Below are positions 1 through 9,769 of a stretch of DNA of 64,000 nucleotides, one piece after another. How positions within the stretch are numbered: the stretch's first letter is position 1; each line of letters opens with the position of its first letter. Source of the stretch: Vicinamibacteria bacterium (lineage in GTDB: Bacteria > Acidobacteriota > Vicinamibacteria > Marinacidobacterales > Marinacidobacteraceae); the NCBI GenBank assembly GCA_963668695.2, contig CAXXLQ010000004.1, positions 256,001 through 320,000 of the forward strand, in the 5' to 3' direction. A model generated the notes under the pieces. That model had not been told where the DNA came from, did no database searches, and was given only the letters and a program-made list of their open reading frames with translations. A program made the translations under genes and the position numbers.

Positions 1-38
1 GCTCCGGCTCTACCGGGTTCACTACGACGGCGGCTCCT

Positions 39-760
39 TAGCAGCCTGTGGTGGAACTCTGAAGGCATCCATTCGCGGCGCGCAACGCCGCGGGGGTGGG
101 GTGTGGGGAGGGGTTTCCCCTCCCCACGAAAGACGGTGGAGTGAATCGCGCAGCGATTCGCACCGCCAACCTGTGGGGAAAGCGCCCTGCACGCACACAA
201 ACCGCCAGATTCGGCGCGCGGGACGTCCCGGGGCTCGTGCGGGGTGCTTTCACCACAGGCTGTTGGGCAAGCGCCACTCGCAACGCGCGGGCTGATAGGC
301 GTTGCGGGCGAAGGCTCCCGCCGTGCGGGCCTGCCCCGTCGCTGCGAGCAGCCGGTGGACAAAGTGAGGTGAGCGCCGCAAGTGGCCAGTGCTTCCGATG
401 CGTGAGGGAGGAATACCGGGTGTATTTCGACCGAAACGCAACGATGAGCGGCGCGCAGCGACGCGGTGAACAGCCGGGATGGATCGCCGGCCGTTTCCGG
501 AGCGGGGCGCAAGCACCGCGGAGACCCCGGAGCGGAAGGGACGGGGGGCGGGACCACCCGACCCCCATCCCTTCTTGGCTCGGGAACGCCGTGTGGGTTT
601 CATTACCGGCTGTTTTGGCAGGGATGCATCGACGCTCGTTTCCGGAGCGGGGCGCAAGCACCGCGGAGACCCCGGAGCAGAAGGGACGGGGGGCGGGGGC
701 TACCCGACCCCCATCCCTTCTGGCTCGGGAACGCCGCGTGACTTTGTCCACAGGCTGCTA
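39..760. mobile_element. Composite of two MITE-like family A elements (39-263 and 348-760)
   Basis: Outer ends TA-GCAGCCTGTGG ... CCACAGGCTGC-TA. The second element shares internal modules with other intergenic copies. The first has a distinct interior with hairpin GTGGGGAGGGG-TTT-CCCCTCCCCAC. Confidence 0.75.
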
Positions 761-773
761 AATTGGCTGGTCC

Positions 774-1544
774 GTGCCCGGGAGTTCCGCGACCTTCGAC
801 ATCGCTCCCGAGGAGGAAACCGCCGAGCTCCTCGCGCGAGTTGATCGCACCCGGCTGCCGCTTCATGTGGCGGCCATCATGGACGGAAACGGGCGCTGGG
901 CTGCCGCCCGGGGACTCCAGCGAGTGGAGGGACACGCGGCCGGGGTGGAGTCGGTCCGGGATACCGTGGAGGGCGCCGCCGGTCTCGGACTCGGGGCCCT
1001 CACCATGTTCGCCTTTTCCATCGAGAACTGGAGCCGGCCGGCCGAGGAGGTCGAGGTGCTCATGGAGCTGGTCAAGCGGTACCTCCGGCTCGAAACCGAG
1101 CATCTGATCGCCAACGACATCCGGTTCCGGCCGATCGGCCGATTGAGCGAGTTGCCTGCCGATGTCCAGGTCATGCTGCAGGAGACCTCCGAGGCCACCG
1201 CGAACTGCCAGGGGCTCAGCCTCAACATCGCCCTGAACTACGGGGGCCGGGCGGAGATCGTGGATGCGGCCCGGCGGATCGCGGAACGGGCGGCGCGCGA
1301 GGGCAGAGTGCCCGATTTCGACGAGCACACCTTCGGCGAATATCTCTACACCCGGGGCCTTCCCGATCCGGACCTCCTGATCCGCACCAGCGGCGAGGTG
1401 AGGGTCTCCAATTTCCTCCTCTTCCAGAGCGCCTATACGGAGTTTTGGACGACGCCTACTCTCTGGCCGGATTTCCGGCGGCGGCACCTCTTCGAGGCCA
1501 TCCTCGCCTACCAGTGCCGCAGCCGGAGGTACGGCGGCATCTGA
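774..1544 (+). CDS. uppS: Undecaprenyl/polyprenyl diphosphate synthase
   Basis: Motifs HVAAIMDGNGRWA, FSIENWSR, PDPDLLIRTSGEVRVSNFLL and RRYGG; upstream of cdsA. Confidence 0.96.
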   Translation: MPGSSATFDIAPEEETAELLARVDRTRLPLHVAAIMDGNGRWAAARGLQRVEGHAAGVESVRDTVEGAAGLGLGALTMFAFSIENWSRPAEEVEVLMELVKRYLRLETEHLIANDIRFRPIGRLSELPADVQVMLQETSEATANCQGLSLNIALNYGGRAEIVDAARRIAERAAREGRVPDFDEHTFGEYLYTRGLPDPDLLIRTSGEVRVSNFLLFQSAYTEFWTTPTLWPDFRRRHLFEAILAYQCRSRRYGGI

Positions 1545-1660
1545 CAGCCCGTGGACCAAGCGCCCCGCATCACGCCAAACCTGGCAAAACACGGGAAGTC
1601 TTGTCTTCTTCGCATGCGGGGCCCTCGGGACGGCGGCTGACCTTTCGCGACAGGTCGCTG
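1545..1660. repeat. Degenerate family A-like element directly after the uppS stop
   Basis: Begins TGA-CAGCCCGTGG; only a weak right end (GACAGGTCGCTG). Confidence 0.35.
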
Positions 1661-1679
1661 GGGATTCCCGGGGGGTGAC

Positions 1680-2513
1680 GTGCGGCGAGTGATCAGCGCG
1701 ACAGTGGTCGCCGCGGGCGTGCTGGCTCTTTGTTTGCTCGTGCCTCCCTGGGTTCGGCAGGCCGCCATCCTGTTCGCGGCGATCTACGCGTGCCGCGAAG
1801 CCGTCCGTTTCGCCGACGCCATTTTTCGGCCGCCAGAGGTACCGGGCACGGCAGGAACCCCTTCCATCCGGACTTCCGGGCTGCTCGTGACCGCGTTGTT
1901 GATGCTGGGGCTGGCCAGCCTTGGCCTGCCGGGCTCTCTCGATTGGTTGGACGCGGTGCCAGCACTCCTGATGGTCGGACTCGGGCTCTTCACACTCACC
2001 CTCCCGCAGACTCCCGCCGCACTTGGATCGCTTGGGGCCATGTTCCTCGCCGCCACTTGGATCGGGCTTCCGACGGCGGCGCTTCTCGCCCTCAGCGCCG
2101 GTGACAGCGGCGGGCGGGCCCTCCTCTTTCTCCTTACCACCGTGATGGTGGGAGAGGCCGGCGCCTTCTTCGGGGGCAAACTGGTTGGCGGCCCCCGGCT
2201 CGCGCCCTCGCTGAGCCCTGGCAAGACATGGGCCGGCTTCGTTTCCCAACTGACGGTGGGGGCGGCGGTCGGAGCGGCAGCCGCCCCCCTGCTTCCAGGT
2301 CAGCCGGACCTGGTCACGGCAGCCGTGCTTGGCGTTTGGCTCTCGGCGGCGGCAGCCCTTGGTGATCTCTTTGAGTCGTTCTGGAAGCGTGCCGCCGGGC
2401 GCAAGGACAGCGGGCGAATCATCCCCGGACACGGCGGCCTGCTCGACCGGATCGACGGCGTGCTGTTCGGGGCGCTCGCCCTGGCGGCGGCCACCGTCGT
2501 TGTTCCCATCTGA
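1680..2513 (+). CDS. cdsA: Phosphatidate cytidylyltransferase
   Basis: Polytopic membrane protein with SPGKTWAG and GDLFESFWKRAAGRKDSGRIIPGHGGLLDRIDG. Confidence 0.95.
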   Translation: MRRVISATVVAAGVLALCLLVPPWVRQAAILFAAIYACREAVRFADAIFRPPEVPGTAGTPSIRTSGLLVTALLMLGLASLGLPGSLDWLDAVPALLMVGLGLFTLTLPQTPAALGSLGAMFLAATWIGLPTAALLALSAGDSGGRALLFLLTTVMVGEAGAFFGGKLVGGPRLAPSLSPGKTWAGFVSQLTVGAAVGAAAAPLLPGQPDLVTAAVLGVWLSAAAALGDLFESFWKRAAGRKDSGRIIPGHGGLLDRIDGVLFGALALAAATVVVPI

Positions 2514-2561
2514 CGGTCCGGCATGCTCGGTCTGGAACCGGCGTCGGCGGACGCCGGCCAG

Positions 2562-3878
2562 TCAGCCCAGCAGACCGGTCTTCGAAAGGTCCAGGTAGAT
2601 CACCAGCACGAAGACCAGCAACATGAAAGCGGCGCCCGCGACCATCAGCCCCTTCCGCACGCCGAGGCTGAGATCGCGACGGGCCGCCGATTCAACGAGC
2701 AGCACGGCGATCTGCCCGCCGTCGAGGACAGGAATTGGCAGCAGGTTGAGCACTCCAAGGCTCAGGCTCAGGATCGCCATGAGCAACAGTACTTCCGTGG
2801 GACCGCGTCGGATGGCGTCGCCGGAGGCCTGCGCGATCCCGATGGGGCCCGAGAACTGGCGTGGTGAGCCCTGCCCCCGAATCACGCGGCCAAGCTGGCC
2901 AACCGTGAGGCTTCCCCAGCGCGCGGTCTCGGCGATCGCTTCCCGTAGCGCGTCCGGAATCGATTCCGCCCTCACTTTGCGGAAGGGCGGCCGAAAGTAC
3001 ACACCGACCTGGGGAGAAGGTTCGCCGCCGTCCGGATTCTCAGCGAGCTGCGGCGTGACCGGAACAACGATTTCCCTGCCGGCTCGCTCGATTCCAAGGG
3101 AGATCTCCCGGGTCCCGGCGGAGCGCACGAACGCCGCCACCTCGTTGGTACTTCCCACCCGGATGTCGTCCACCCGAACGATGAGATCGTCCGGACGAAT
3201 GCCGGCCGCCTCCGCGGGGCTGCCGGGTTTGACCGCATCGATGATTGGCGGCGCGGGAGGCCCGACCCCCGCGTAGCCCAACGCGTCGGGCCCCACGGAA
3301 GCCACCGTGACCGAGAACTGCGTGGGCGTTCCGCCTCGGTCCACCGCGAAGACGACCTCCTGGTCCGGCCGCACGATGATGTGCTCCATCGCGGTACGCC
3401 AGTCGGGAACCGGCTCACCGGCAATCGCCACGATCCGGTCTCCGGCCCGAACACCGGCAACGCTGGCCGGAGACCCCTCGGCGACGTAGGAAACGACCGG
3501 GGGATCGGAAAGGCCCACCCGCCGCTCCATCCCAAAATAGAAAAGCCCAGACAGGATCGCCACCGCCAGCACGAAATTCATGGCCGGGCCGGCGAAGAGG
3601 ATGGCGAGCCGTTCGCCGCGGGTCCGATTCTGGAGTTCGGCGGGGTCGCTCCCGCCCTGCCCCGGCGCGTCTCCTGCCATCTTGACGTAGCCGCCGAGCG
3701 GCAGCAGGCCGATGGTCCATTCGGTATCACCGACCCGCCGGCGGTAGATGTTGGGAGGGAATCCGATCGAGAAGGTCTCCACGCGGACTCCGATGAAGCG
3801 CGCCGCGAGGAAGTGGCCGAATTCGTGGACGACGACGAGCGTGCCCACCACGAGCACGAAAGCGAGGATGGTGAGCAT
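2562..3878 (-). CDS. rseP: RIP metalloprotease RseP with two PDZ domains
   Basis: HEFGH zinc motif, PLGGYVKM, AGPAMN and NLLPIPVLDGG. Confidence 0.96.
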   Translation of the reverse strand: MLTILAFVLVVGTLVVVHEFGHFLAARFIGVRVETFSIGFPPNIYRRRVGDTEWTIGLLPLGGYVKMAGDAPGQGGSDPAELQNRTRGERLAILFAGPAMNFVLAVAILSGLFYFGMERRVGLSDPPVVSYVAEGSPASVAGVRAGDRIVAIAGEPVPDWRTAMEHIIVRPDQEVVFAVDRGGTPTQFSVTVASVGPDALGYAGVGPPAPPIIDAVKPGSPAEAAGIRPDDLIVRVDDIRVGSTNEVAAFVRSAGTREISLGIERAGREIVVPVTPQLAENPDGGEPSPQVGVYFRPPFRKVRAESIPDALREAIAETARWGSLTVGQLGRVIRGQGSPRQFSGPIGIAQASGDAIRRGPTEVLLLMAILSLSLGVLNLLPIPVLDGGQIAVLLVESAARRDLSLGVRKGLMVAGAAFMLLVFVLVIYLDLSKTGLLG

Positions 3879-3887
3879 GGCCAGGAA

Positions 3888-5075
3888 CTAACCGGTAGCC
3901 GCCAGCGCCCGATCGGCGATGAGTTCCCGGGCGAAGGCGCGTGCCCAGGCATCGGCCCGGGCGACTCCTTCCAGGTCGTTCGGTTCTGTCGGCGAACGCG
4001 CGGCCAGTGTCTCAGCGACGACTGCGGGGATCCCGGGAAACGAAAGCCGGTGGTCCAGAAAAGCCTCCACCGCGGCCTCGTTCGCCGCGTTCAGTACCGC
4101 GGGCGCGTCACCTCCCGCAGCCAGCGCTTCGGCGGCGAGGCGGAGGCACGGAAAGCGATCCGGGTCGGGAGGTTCGAAGCGGAGATCGAGTGGCTGATCG
4201 AGCGGCAGTGGGGCGAGGCCTGTCGGAAGGCGCTCGGGCCAGGTCAGCGCATACTGCACCGGCGTGCGCATGTGGGTGACCCCGAGCTGGGCGAGGATCG
4301 AACCGTCCTCGAACTCGACCATGGAGTGCACCACGGACTGCGGATGCACCACTACGCGAATGGACTCCGGCGGCTGATCGAAGAGCCAGCGAGCCTCGAT
4401 CATCTCAAGGCCCTTGTTCATCATGGTGGCGGAATCGATAGTGATCTTGGGCCCCATCCGCCACGTCGGATGACGGAGCGCGGTTTCCGGAGTCGCTTCG
4501 GCGATCTCGAGGCTCGAGGCGGTACGGAACGGACCACCGGAAGCCGTCAGCCAGATGCGGCGGACGGGATCGCACCGGCCGGCGAGGCACTGGTGAATCG
4601 CCGCGTGCTCGCTATCCACGGGGATGAGCCGCGCCCCGGACGTTGCGGCGGCGCGGGTCATCACGGCCCCAGCGGCCACCAGGGATTCCTTGTTGGCGAG
4701 GCCCACCACCTTCCCACTGCGGAGCGCGGCCAGCGTCGGTCGAAGCCCGGCCGCGCCCACGATAGCCGACATGACGAATCCCGCATCCGGGAGAGTGGCT
4801 ACCCGCTCAAGGGCCGAGGGTCCGCCCTCAATTCCCAGGCCCGGCAGCCGGTGCCGATAGGCGCCCTCGAATTTTTCCGCCTCTTCCTCACTACCCAGCG
4901 CCACCAGGTCCGGCCGATAGCGCTCGCACAGGGATGCCAACCGCTCCGTCGAGCGGCCGGCGGCGAGGCCGGCAACCCGAAGCCGCTCGGGAAACCGGTC
5001 CACCACCTCGAGGGTCGTGGAACCGATCGAACCCGTCGCTCCCAGGATGGAGACGCCGCGGATTTCCGGGCTCAT
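3888..5075 (-). CDS. dxr: 1-deoxy-D-xylulose 5-phosphate reductoisomerase
   Basis: ILGATGSIG, LANKESL, PVDSEH and HPTWRMGPKITIDSATMMNKGLE; start trimmed to ATG 5075. Confidence 0.96.
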   Translation of the reverse strand: MSPEIRGVSILGATGSIGSTTLEVVDRFPERLRVAGLAAGRSTERLASLCERYRPDLVALGSEEEAEKFEGAYRHRLPGLGIEGGPSALERVATLPDAGFVMSAIVGAAGLRPTLAALRSGKVVGLANKESLVAAGAVMTRAAATSGARLIPVDSEHAAIHQCLAGRCDPVRRIWLTASGGPFRTASSLEIAEATPETALRHPTWRMGPKITIDSATMMNKGLEMIEARWLFDQPPESIRVVVHPQSVVHSMVEFEDGSILAQLGVTHMRTPVQYALTWPERLPTGLAPLPLDQPLDLRFEPPDPDRFPCLRLAAEALAAGGDAPAVLNAANEAAVEAFLDHRLSFPGIPAVVAETLAARSPTEPNDLEGVARADAWARAFARELIADRALAATG

Positions 5076-5236
5076 CGTTTCGTAGTCACCTGTGGCAGGT
5101 CTGTTTTCCGTCGGCTCGACGATTGTAGAGCGGCGAGGCAGCCCACACCGGCGGGTGTCGTCTGCGTTCTGCAGGCCTCGCTGACCCTTTACGGACATCT
5201 GGGCCGCCGTTGCCGCTTAACATTCGTGGCCGCCAA

Positions 5237-6346
5237 ATGAAGATTGAACAACTCACCATCCGGGAACTCCGGCTCGATCTGAAGTACCCCTTCGAGACCA
5301 GCTTCGCGCGGGTCACGACGCAGCAGTTCCTCCTCCTTGAAGCTCGGGTGGATGGCGTCAGCGGCCATTCCGAGTGCGTCGCCGACGCCGCGCCGGGTTA
5401 TTCGTACGAGACGGTCCGGACCGCCGAACACGTAATCCGCGATTTCCTCTGGCCGCTGGCCGCCGCGAGCGACTACTCGCATCCGGACGAGGTCGCCCCC
5501 TCCTTCGCCCGCGTGCGAGGTCACAACATGGCCAAAGCCGCGATCGAGATGGCCGTCTGGGACGCCTTTGCGCGCCTCGAGGGCAAACCGCTCGCGGGCG
5601 TCCTGGGAGGAACCCGCTCACGCACGGTCTCCGGGGTCTCGATCGGCATCCAGGACACCGTGGAGCAGCTCCTCGAAAAGATCGGTCTCGAACTCTCCCG
5701 CGGCTATCGGCGGATCAAGATCAAGATCAAGCCGGGTTGGGACCTCGAAGTCGTGAAGCGAGTGCGGGAGCGCTATCCCGACATGCCGCTCATGGTGGAC
5801 GCGAATAGCGCCTACACCCTTAAGGACGAGCCGCTCTTCCGGGAACTCGATCGCTTCGGGCTGATGATGATCGAGCAGCCGCTAGCACACGATGACATCC
5901 GGGACCACGCCATCCTCCAGCGCAAGATTTCGACGCCGATCTGTCTCGACGAATCGGTGCATTCCGTCGCGGACGCGCGGCTGGCGATCGAGATGGCGGC
6001 GTGCCGCATCATTAACGTCAAGGCGGGGCGGGTCGGAGGACTCAGCTCGGCGCGGGACATCGCCGCCCTGGCCGAAAGTCACGGGATTCCGGTGTGGTGC
6101 GGCGGGATGTTGGAGAGCGGCGTCGGCCGGGCCCACAACATCCATCTTTCCTCGCTGTCCGGCTTCTCGATGCCGGGAGATGTGGCCGCCTCCGAGCGCT
6201 ACTTCACCGAGGAAATCATCGAGCCCCCAGTAACCGTGGATCCCGACGGTTCGCTCCCGATACCCGAGGGCGAGGGCATCGGGTTCGCGCTTCGGGAAGA
6301 CGTCATCCGCCGCCACACCCTTTGCGAGACCACGCTTTCCCCCTGA
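5237..6346 (+). CDS. menC: o-succinylbenzoate synthase / N-acylamino acid racemase (enolase superfamily)
   Basis: KIKIKPG, DANSAY, EQP, DES and WCGGMLESG motifs. Confidence 0.88.
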   Translation: MKIEQLTIRELRLDLKYPFETSFARVTTQQFLLLEARVDGVSGHSECVADAAPGYSYETVRTAEHVIRDFLWPLAAASDYSHPDEVAPSFARVRGHNMAKAAIEMAVWDAFARLEGKPLAGVLGGTRSRTVSGVSIGIQDTVEQLLEKIGLELSRGYRRIKIKIKPGWDLEVVKRVRERYPDMPLMVDANSAYTLKDEPLFRELDRFGLMMIEQPLAHDDIRDHAILQRKISTPICLDESVHSVADARLAIEMAACRIINVKAGRVGGLSSARDIAALAESHGIPVWCGGMLESGVGRAHNIHLSSLSGFSMPGDVAASERYFTEEIIEPPVTVDPDGSLPIPEGEGIGFALREDVIRRHTLCETTLSP

Positions 6347-8478
6347 TCCGCCGATCCCCGGGGCTGCGGTCCCGACGGGCAGCGCTGCGCTTACTCGTCC
6401 TTCTTGGTCTGTCTCCGGTCCTCGGTCAGGCCTCTTCCGCGCAGGGCACGCGCGGGGAACAGCAGGCTCCCGCGCCGCCGGTCCTTCCTACCCCCGAGCG
6501 CCTCGCCCGCGTGCTCTCCCTCGAGGACGCGCGATCCTTCGGCGACGGATGGCTCCGTGACCGGGTTTACGACCCCGATCCCGAGGTCAGGCGCCGGGCG
6601 GTGCTTGCCCTCGGACGTATCGGCCGCCCTGAGGCCGTTGAACCCCTGGTCGCCGCCCTCGCCGCCGACGCAGCGGGCGCCGTTCGCTCCACCGCGGCTT
6701 TCGCACTGGGCATCGTCGAAGACCCGTTACCGGAGGAAGCCGTCTCGGCGCTGGAGGCGGCGCTGCTGGACGCCTCCGGACGAGTTCGCGAAAAGGCGAT
6801 CGAAGCGCTCGGCCGGCGGGGCGGAGAACGGGCCGGCGAAATCGTTACCGGCCACCTTGCCGAGCTGGTGGAGGCCTCCGGCTACTCCGACCGGCGCGAG
6901 GACGTGGAGGCGTTCCGCCGACGCACCTCCTGGGACGAAGCCAGACTTGGACTCTTCGCGCTGGCCCGAATCAGGGACGACGGGGGAGACCCTGGTGACA
7001 CTGCCGCAATCCTCGGTCGCGACGGATCGCCACGGACGCTCTGGTGGCCTTCTGCCTGGACCGCGGCCCGTCTCCGGGATCCTGCTCTCGTGTCGCTGCA
7101 TCGCGCCTACGCCGGCTCACCGGACCCGGTCATCCGGGCACTCGGCGTTCGCGGCCTCGGCTCGACGGGGCTGGCAGTGGCCGACGACCTCACCCCTGAG
7201 CTCAGCCACCCGAGCGACACGGTAACGATCGAAGCGATGCGCGCCATCCGCGCGCTGGCGGAGGCCGACTTGCCGGTAGGGTCCACGACCGCGGCGAGGC
7301 TGTTTTCGGCGCTCGACGACCCGGTTCCGGCAATCCGGCGTGAGGCCCTCGCGGGGCTGGCCAGGGTGCGCCACCCGGAAGCAATGGATGCCCTGATCCA
7401 GCGGATGCAATCTCCCGATCCAGAGGTGCGCGCCGGCGCCGTCCGAGCTCTTTACCCGCAGGACGAGGAGGGGTTCTTCCTGCTGCTCTCGGGGTGGTCT
7501 GATCGCGATCCCGTCGGGAAGATCGCCATGGCCCGGCGGCTCTCGGAGATTCGGGATGCGCGTATCCGCAATTTCCTGCTGCGGAACCTGCTCACCGACG
7601 AAGATCCCAGGGTGCGCGCGGTCGGACTCACCGGGCTCGGCGAACTCGAGGAAGCCCTGAGGAGTGCGGGAGACGGCAGTCCCGAAGTGGTCGCAGCACT
7701 CGTCCGGCACCTGGAAGCCGAGGATCCCTACGAGCGTGCCGCGGCGGCGTCCGCCCTGGGGCGCCTCGAGACCGGGGGCGGGAGGCTCCGGGAGGCCTAT
7801 GCCGCCGACACCGCCGCAATCCCCGACTTCCGGCTGGCCGCCCTGCGCGCGGGACTGGCCCAGGGGTCAGAAAACGACCGGATCGAGTTTGCCAGCGAAG
7901 CCCTGGCCGACCCGGCCTGGCCGGTCCGCCGCGAAGCTCATGAGTTCCTCCGCCGCTCGGGCGAAGCGCCGGAAGAACCAGCCGCGGCCGAAACTCTCGA
8001 CTCCGCCGAATACCGGGCCATGCTGCAGGCCCCCTTCAGCCCGTTGGCCTGGATCGAAACCGCGCGCGGGGAGATCGAGATCGAACTCTTCATCGGCGAT
8101 GCTCCCCGGACGGTCTCCAACTTCATTCGTCTCGCTCGCGAAGGCTTCTACGACGGGCTGCGCTTTCACCGGGTGGTACCGAACTTCGTCCTGCAGGCAG
8201 GGGATCCGCGGGGCGACTCCTCCGGAGGGCCCGGCTACACGATCCGTTGCGAGATCGGCGAAGGCTTCTACATGCGTGGAAGCGTCGGGATGGCTCTGGA
8301 CGGCAAGGACACCGGGGGCAGCCAGTTCTTCATCACCCTGCTTCCCCAGCCGCACCTCAACGGCCGTTACACGCTGTTCGGGCACGTCCGGGACGGATTC
8401 GCGGTTCTCGATCAGATCGAGCCGGGAGACCGGATCCGACGCATTCGCATCTGGGACGGCATTACCTCGCCCCACTAG
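6343..8478 (+). CDS. Secreted HEAT-repeat protein with C-terminal cyclophilin-type peptidyl-prolyl isomerase
   Basis: Signal-like N-terminus; HEAT repeats (DPDPEVRRRAVLALGRIG); C-terminal FHRVVPNFVLQAGDP and GGSQFFI; start uncertain. Confidence 0.85.
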   Translation: MIRRSPGLRSRRAALRLLVLLGLSPVLGQASSAQGTRGEQQAPAPPVLPTPERLARVLSLEDARSFGDGWLRDRVYDPDPEVRRRAVLALGRIGRPEAVEPLVAALAADAAGAVRSTAAFALGIVEDPLPEEAVSALEAALLDASGRVREKAIEALGRRGGERAGEIVTGHLAELVEASGYSDRREDVEAFRRRTSWDEARLGLFALARIRDDGGDPGDTAAILGRDGSPRTLWWPSAWTAARLRDPALVSLHRAYAGSPDPVIRALGVRGLGSTGLAVADDLTPELSHPSDTVTIEAMRAIRALAEADLPVGSTTAARLFSALDDPVPAIRREALAGLARVRHPEAMDALIQRMQSPDPEVRAGAVRALYPQDEEGFFLLLSGWSDRDPVGKIAMARRLSEIRDARIRNFLLRNLLTDEDPRVRAVGLTGLGELEEALRSAGDGSPEVVAALVRHLEAEDPYERAAAASALGRLETGGGRLREAYAADTAAIPDFRLAALRAGLAQGSENDRIEFASEALADPAWPVRREAHEFLRRSGEAPEEPAAAETLDSAEYRAMLQAPFSPLAWIETARGEIEIELFIGDAPRTVSNFIRLAREGFYDGLRFHRVVPNFVLQAGDPRGDSSGGPGYTIRCEIGEGFYMRGSVGMALDGKDTGGSQFFITLLPQPHLNGRYTLFGHVRDGFAVLDQIEPGDRIRRIRIWDGITSPH

Positions 8479-8575
8479 CAGCCCGTGGGAAAAGCACCGC
8501 GCACCGCACCGACGACGCAAGACAGGGAAGGGCCGTGGAAACCGGTGGATGCGGGGCACTTTCCCCACGGGTTGG
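8476..8575. repeat. Short family A-like element
   Basis: TAG-CAGCCCGTGGGAAAAG ... CTTTCCCCACGGGTTG inverted ends; the TAG is the upstream stop codon. Confidence 0.55.
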
Positions 8576-8633
8576 CGGCGCTCGCGCCGCAGACAGGCAC
8601 GAGCTGACTCTCGCCGCCGGCGGCTAGCAGGCC

Positions 8634-9524
8634 GTGGACGACGTTACGCGCCCCGGTTCTACCGGTGGCGGCTCGACCGGGGGCAACGCAGCCAGCTCAG
8701 CGCCCCGTTTCGGACTCCTTGCCGTTGACCTCGACGGTACCCTGCTGAACTCGCAGAAGGAGATCTCCGAACCTGACCGGGCGGCGCTCGCCCGCGCGGA
8801 ACAAGCGGGCGTGGTGGTCGCATTTATCTCAGGCCGGCGCTACGCGGAACTGGAAGTCCTGACTGCGACCCTTTCCGGGGCTGCCTTCCGGGTGGGGCAC
8901 GGAGGCGCGTTGATCCGGCGGTTCCACCAGACCATTGCGGAGATCCCCCTCCCGAAAGCGGCAGCGGAGCGAGCGGTCCGAACTGCGCTGCGCCTGGAAA
9001 TTCCTGCCCTGATCAGCGAGCGCGACGGCACCGTGCGGATCACGGCCCATTCGCCTGCAACGCCCCGGGTCACCCGTTACCTCAGAACCGTCCGCCCAAC
9101 GCCACGCTTCGACCCCGCTCCGACGTTTTCGGAGGATCCCCTGCACCTCGTGCTCGCCGGCACCCCCGAGGCCTGCCGCGAAGCCGAGCGGGACCTTTTG
9201 GAATCGCTTGGTGATTCGGTCAACCTCGAGCGCACCGAATACGCCGCCACCCGTCTCGGTCTGCTGGACGTTCTGGCAAGCACGGCGAACAAGGGAACCG
9301 CACTGAAACGGGTCGCCCGGGAAGCCGGTTTTCCGCTCAGCGCTACGCTCGCGATCGGAGACAACTGGAACGATCTGGAAATGCTCGAAGCCGCGGGGAT
9401 GGGGGTTCTCATGGAAAACGCCGAACCGGAGTTGAAGGCTCGAGGCTTCGAGATCACCTCGTCAAACGACGCGCACGGGGTGGCCGCCGCGATCGACCGG
9501 CTACTCCTGAACAGCCCGTGCTGA
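8634..9524 (+). CDS. Cof-type HAD-IIB hydrolase
   Basis: DLDGTLL, SGRR, NKG and GDNWNDLEML motifs. Confidence 0.9.
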   Translation: MDDVTRPGSTGGGSTGGNAASSAPRFGLLAVDLDGTLLNSQKEISEPDRAALARAEQAGVVVAFISGRRYAELEVLTATLSGAAFRVGHGGALIRRFHQTIAEIPLPKAAAERAVRTALRLEIPALISERDGTVRITAHSPATPRVTRYLRTVRPTPRFDPAPTFSEDPLHLVLAGTPEACREAERDLLESLGDSVNLERTEYAATRLGLLDVLASTANKGTALKRVAREAGFPLSATLAIGDNWNDLEMLEAAGMGVLMENAEPELKARGFEITSSNDAHGVAAAIDRLLLNSPC

Positions 9525-9763
9525 AACCCATGCGGCCCAGTTCTCCCGGTGGGGGCTCGAGCGGCGATCCATTCCGGCTGAAACCCTCCGCTTCGCATCG
9601 TTCGTCGTTGCGCTTCGGTCGAAATACACTCGGGCCAGTTCTCCCGGTGGGGGCTCCTCCCTCGCGCGTCTTGTCAGCCGGGCCCCCACCGGGAGAACTG
9701 GCCCCACCGGGAGAACTGGGCCTCGCCGCTCTCGGCGCTCACCCGGGTTCCACCACGGGCTGT
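9511..9763. mobile_element. MITE-like family A element
   Basis: ACAGCCCGTG ... CACGGGCTGT ends; four copies of the 19-bp module. Confidence 0.8.
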
Positions 9764-9769
9764 TGACCG

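Noticed and set aside
1-41. 3' end of an upstream gene ending at TAG 39-41
   Set aside because: Too short to assign a frame or product.
38-844. ORFs inside family A repeats (e.g. 38-751, 96-761, and the recurrent ...STGC/TTGC-ending ORFs elsewhere)
   Set aside because: They are translations of non-coding GC-rich modules, open on both strands, with no recognisable domain.
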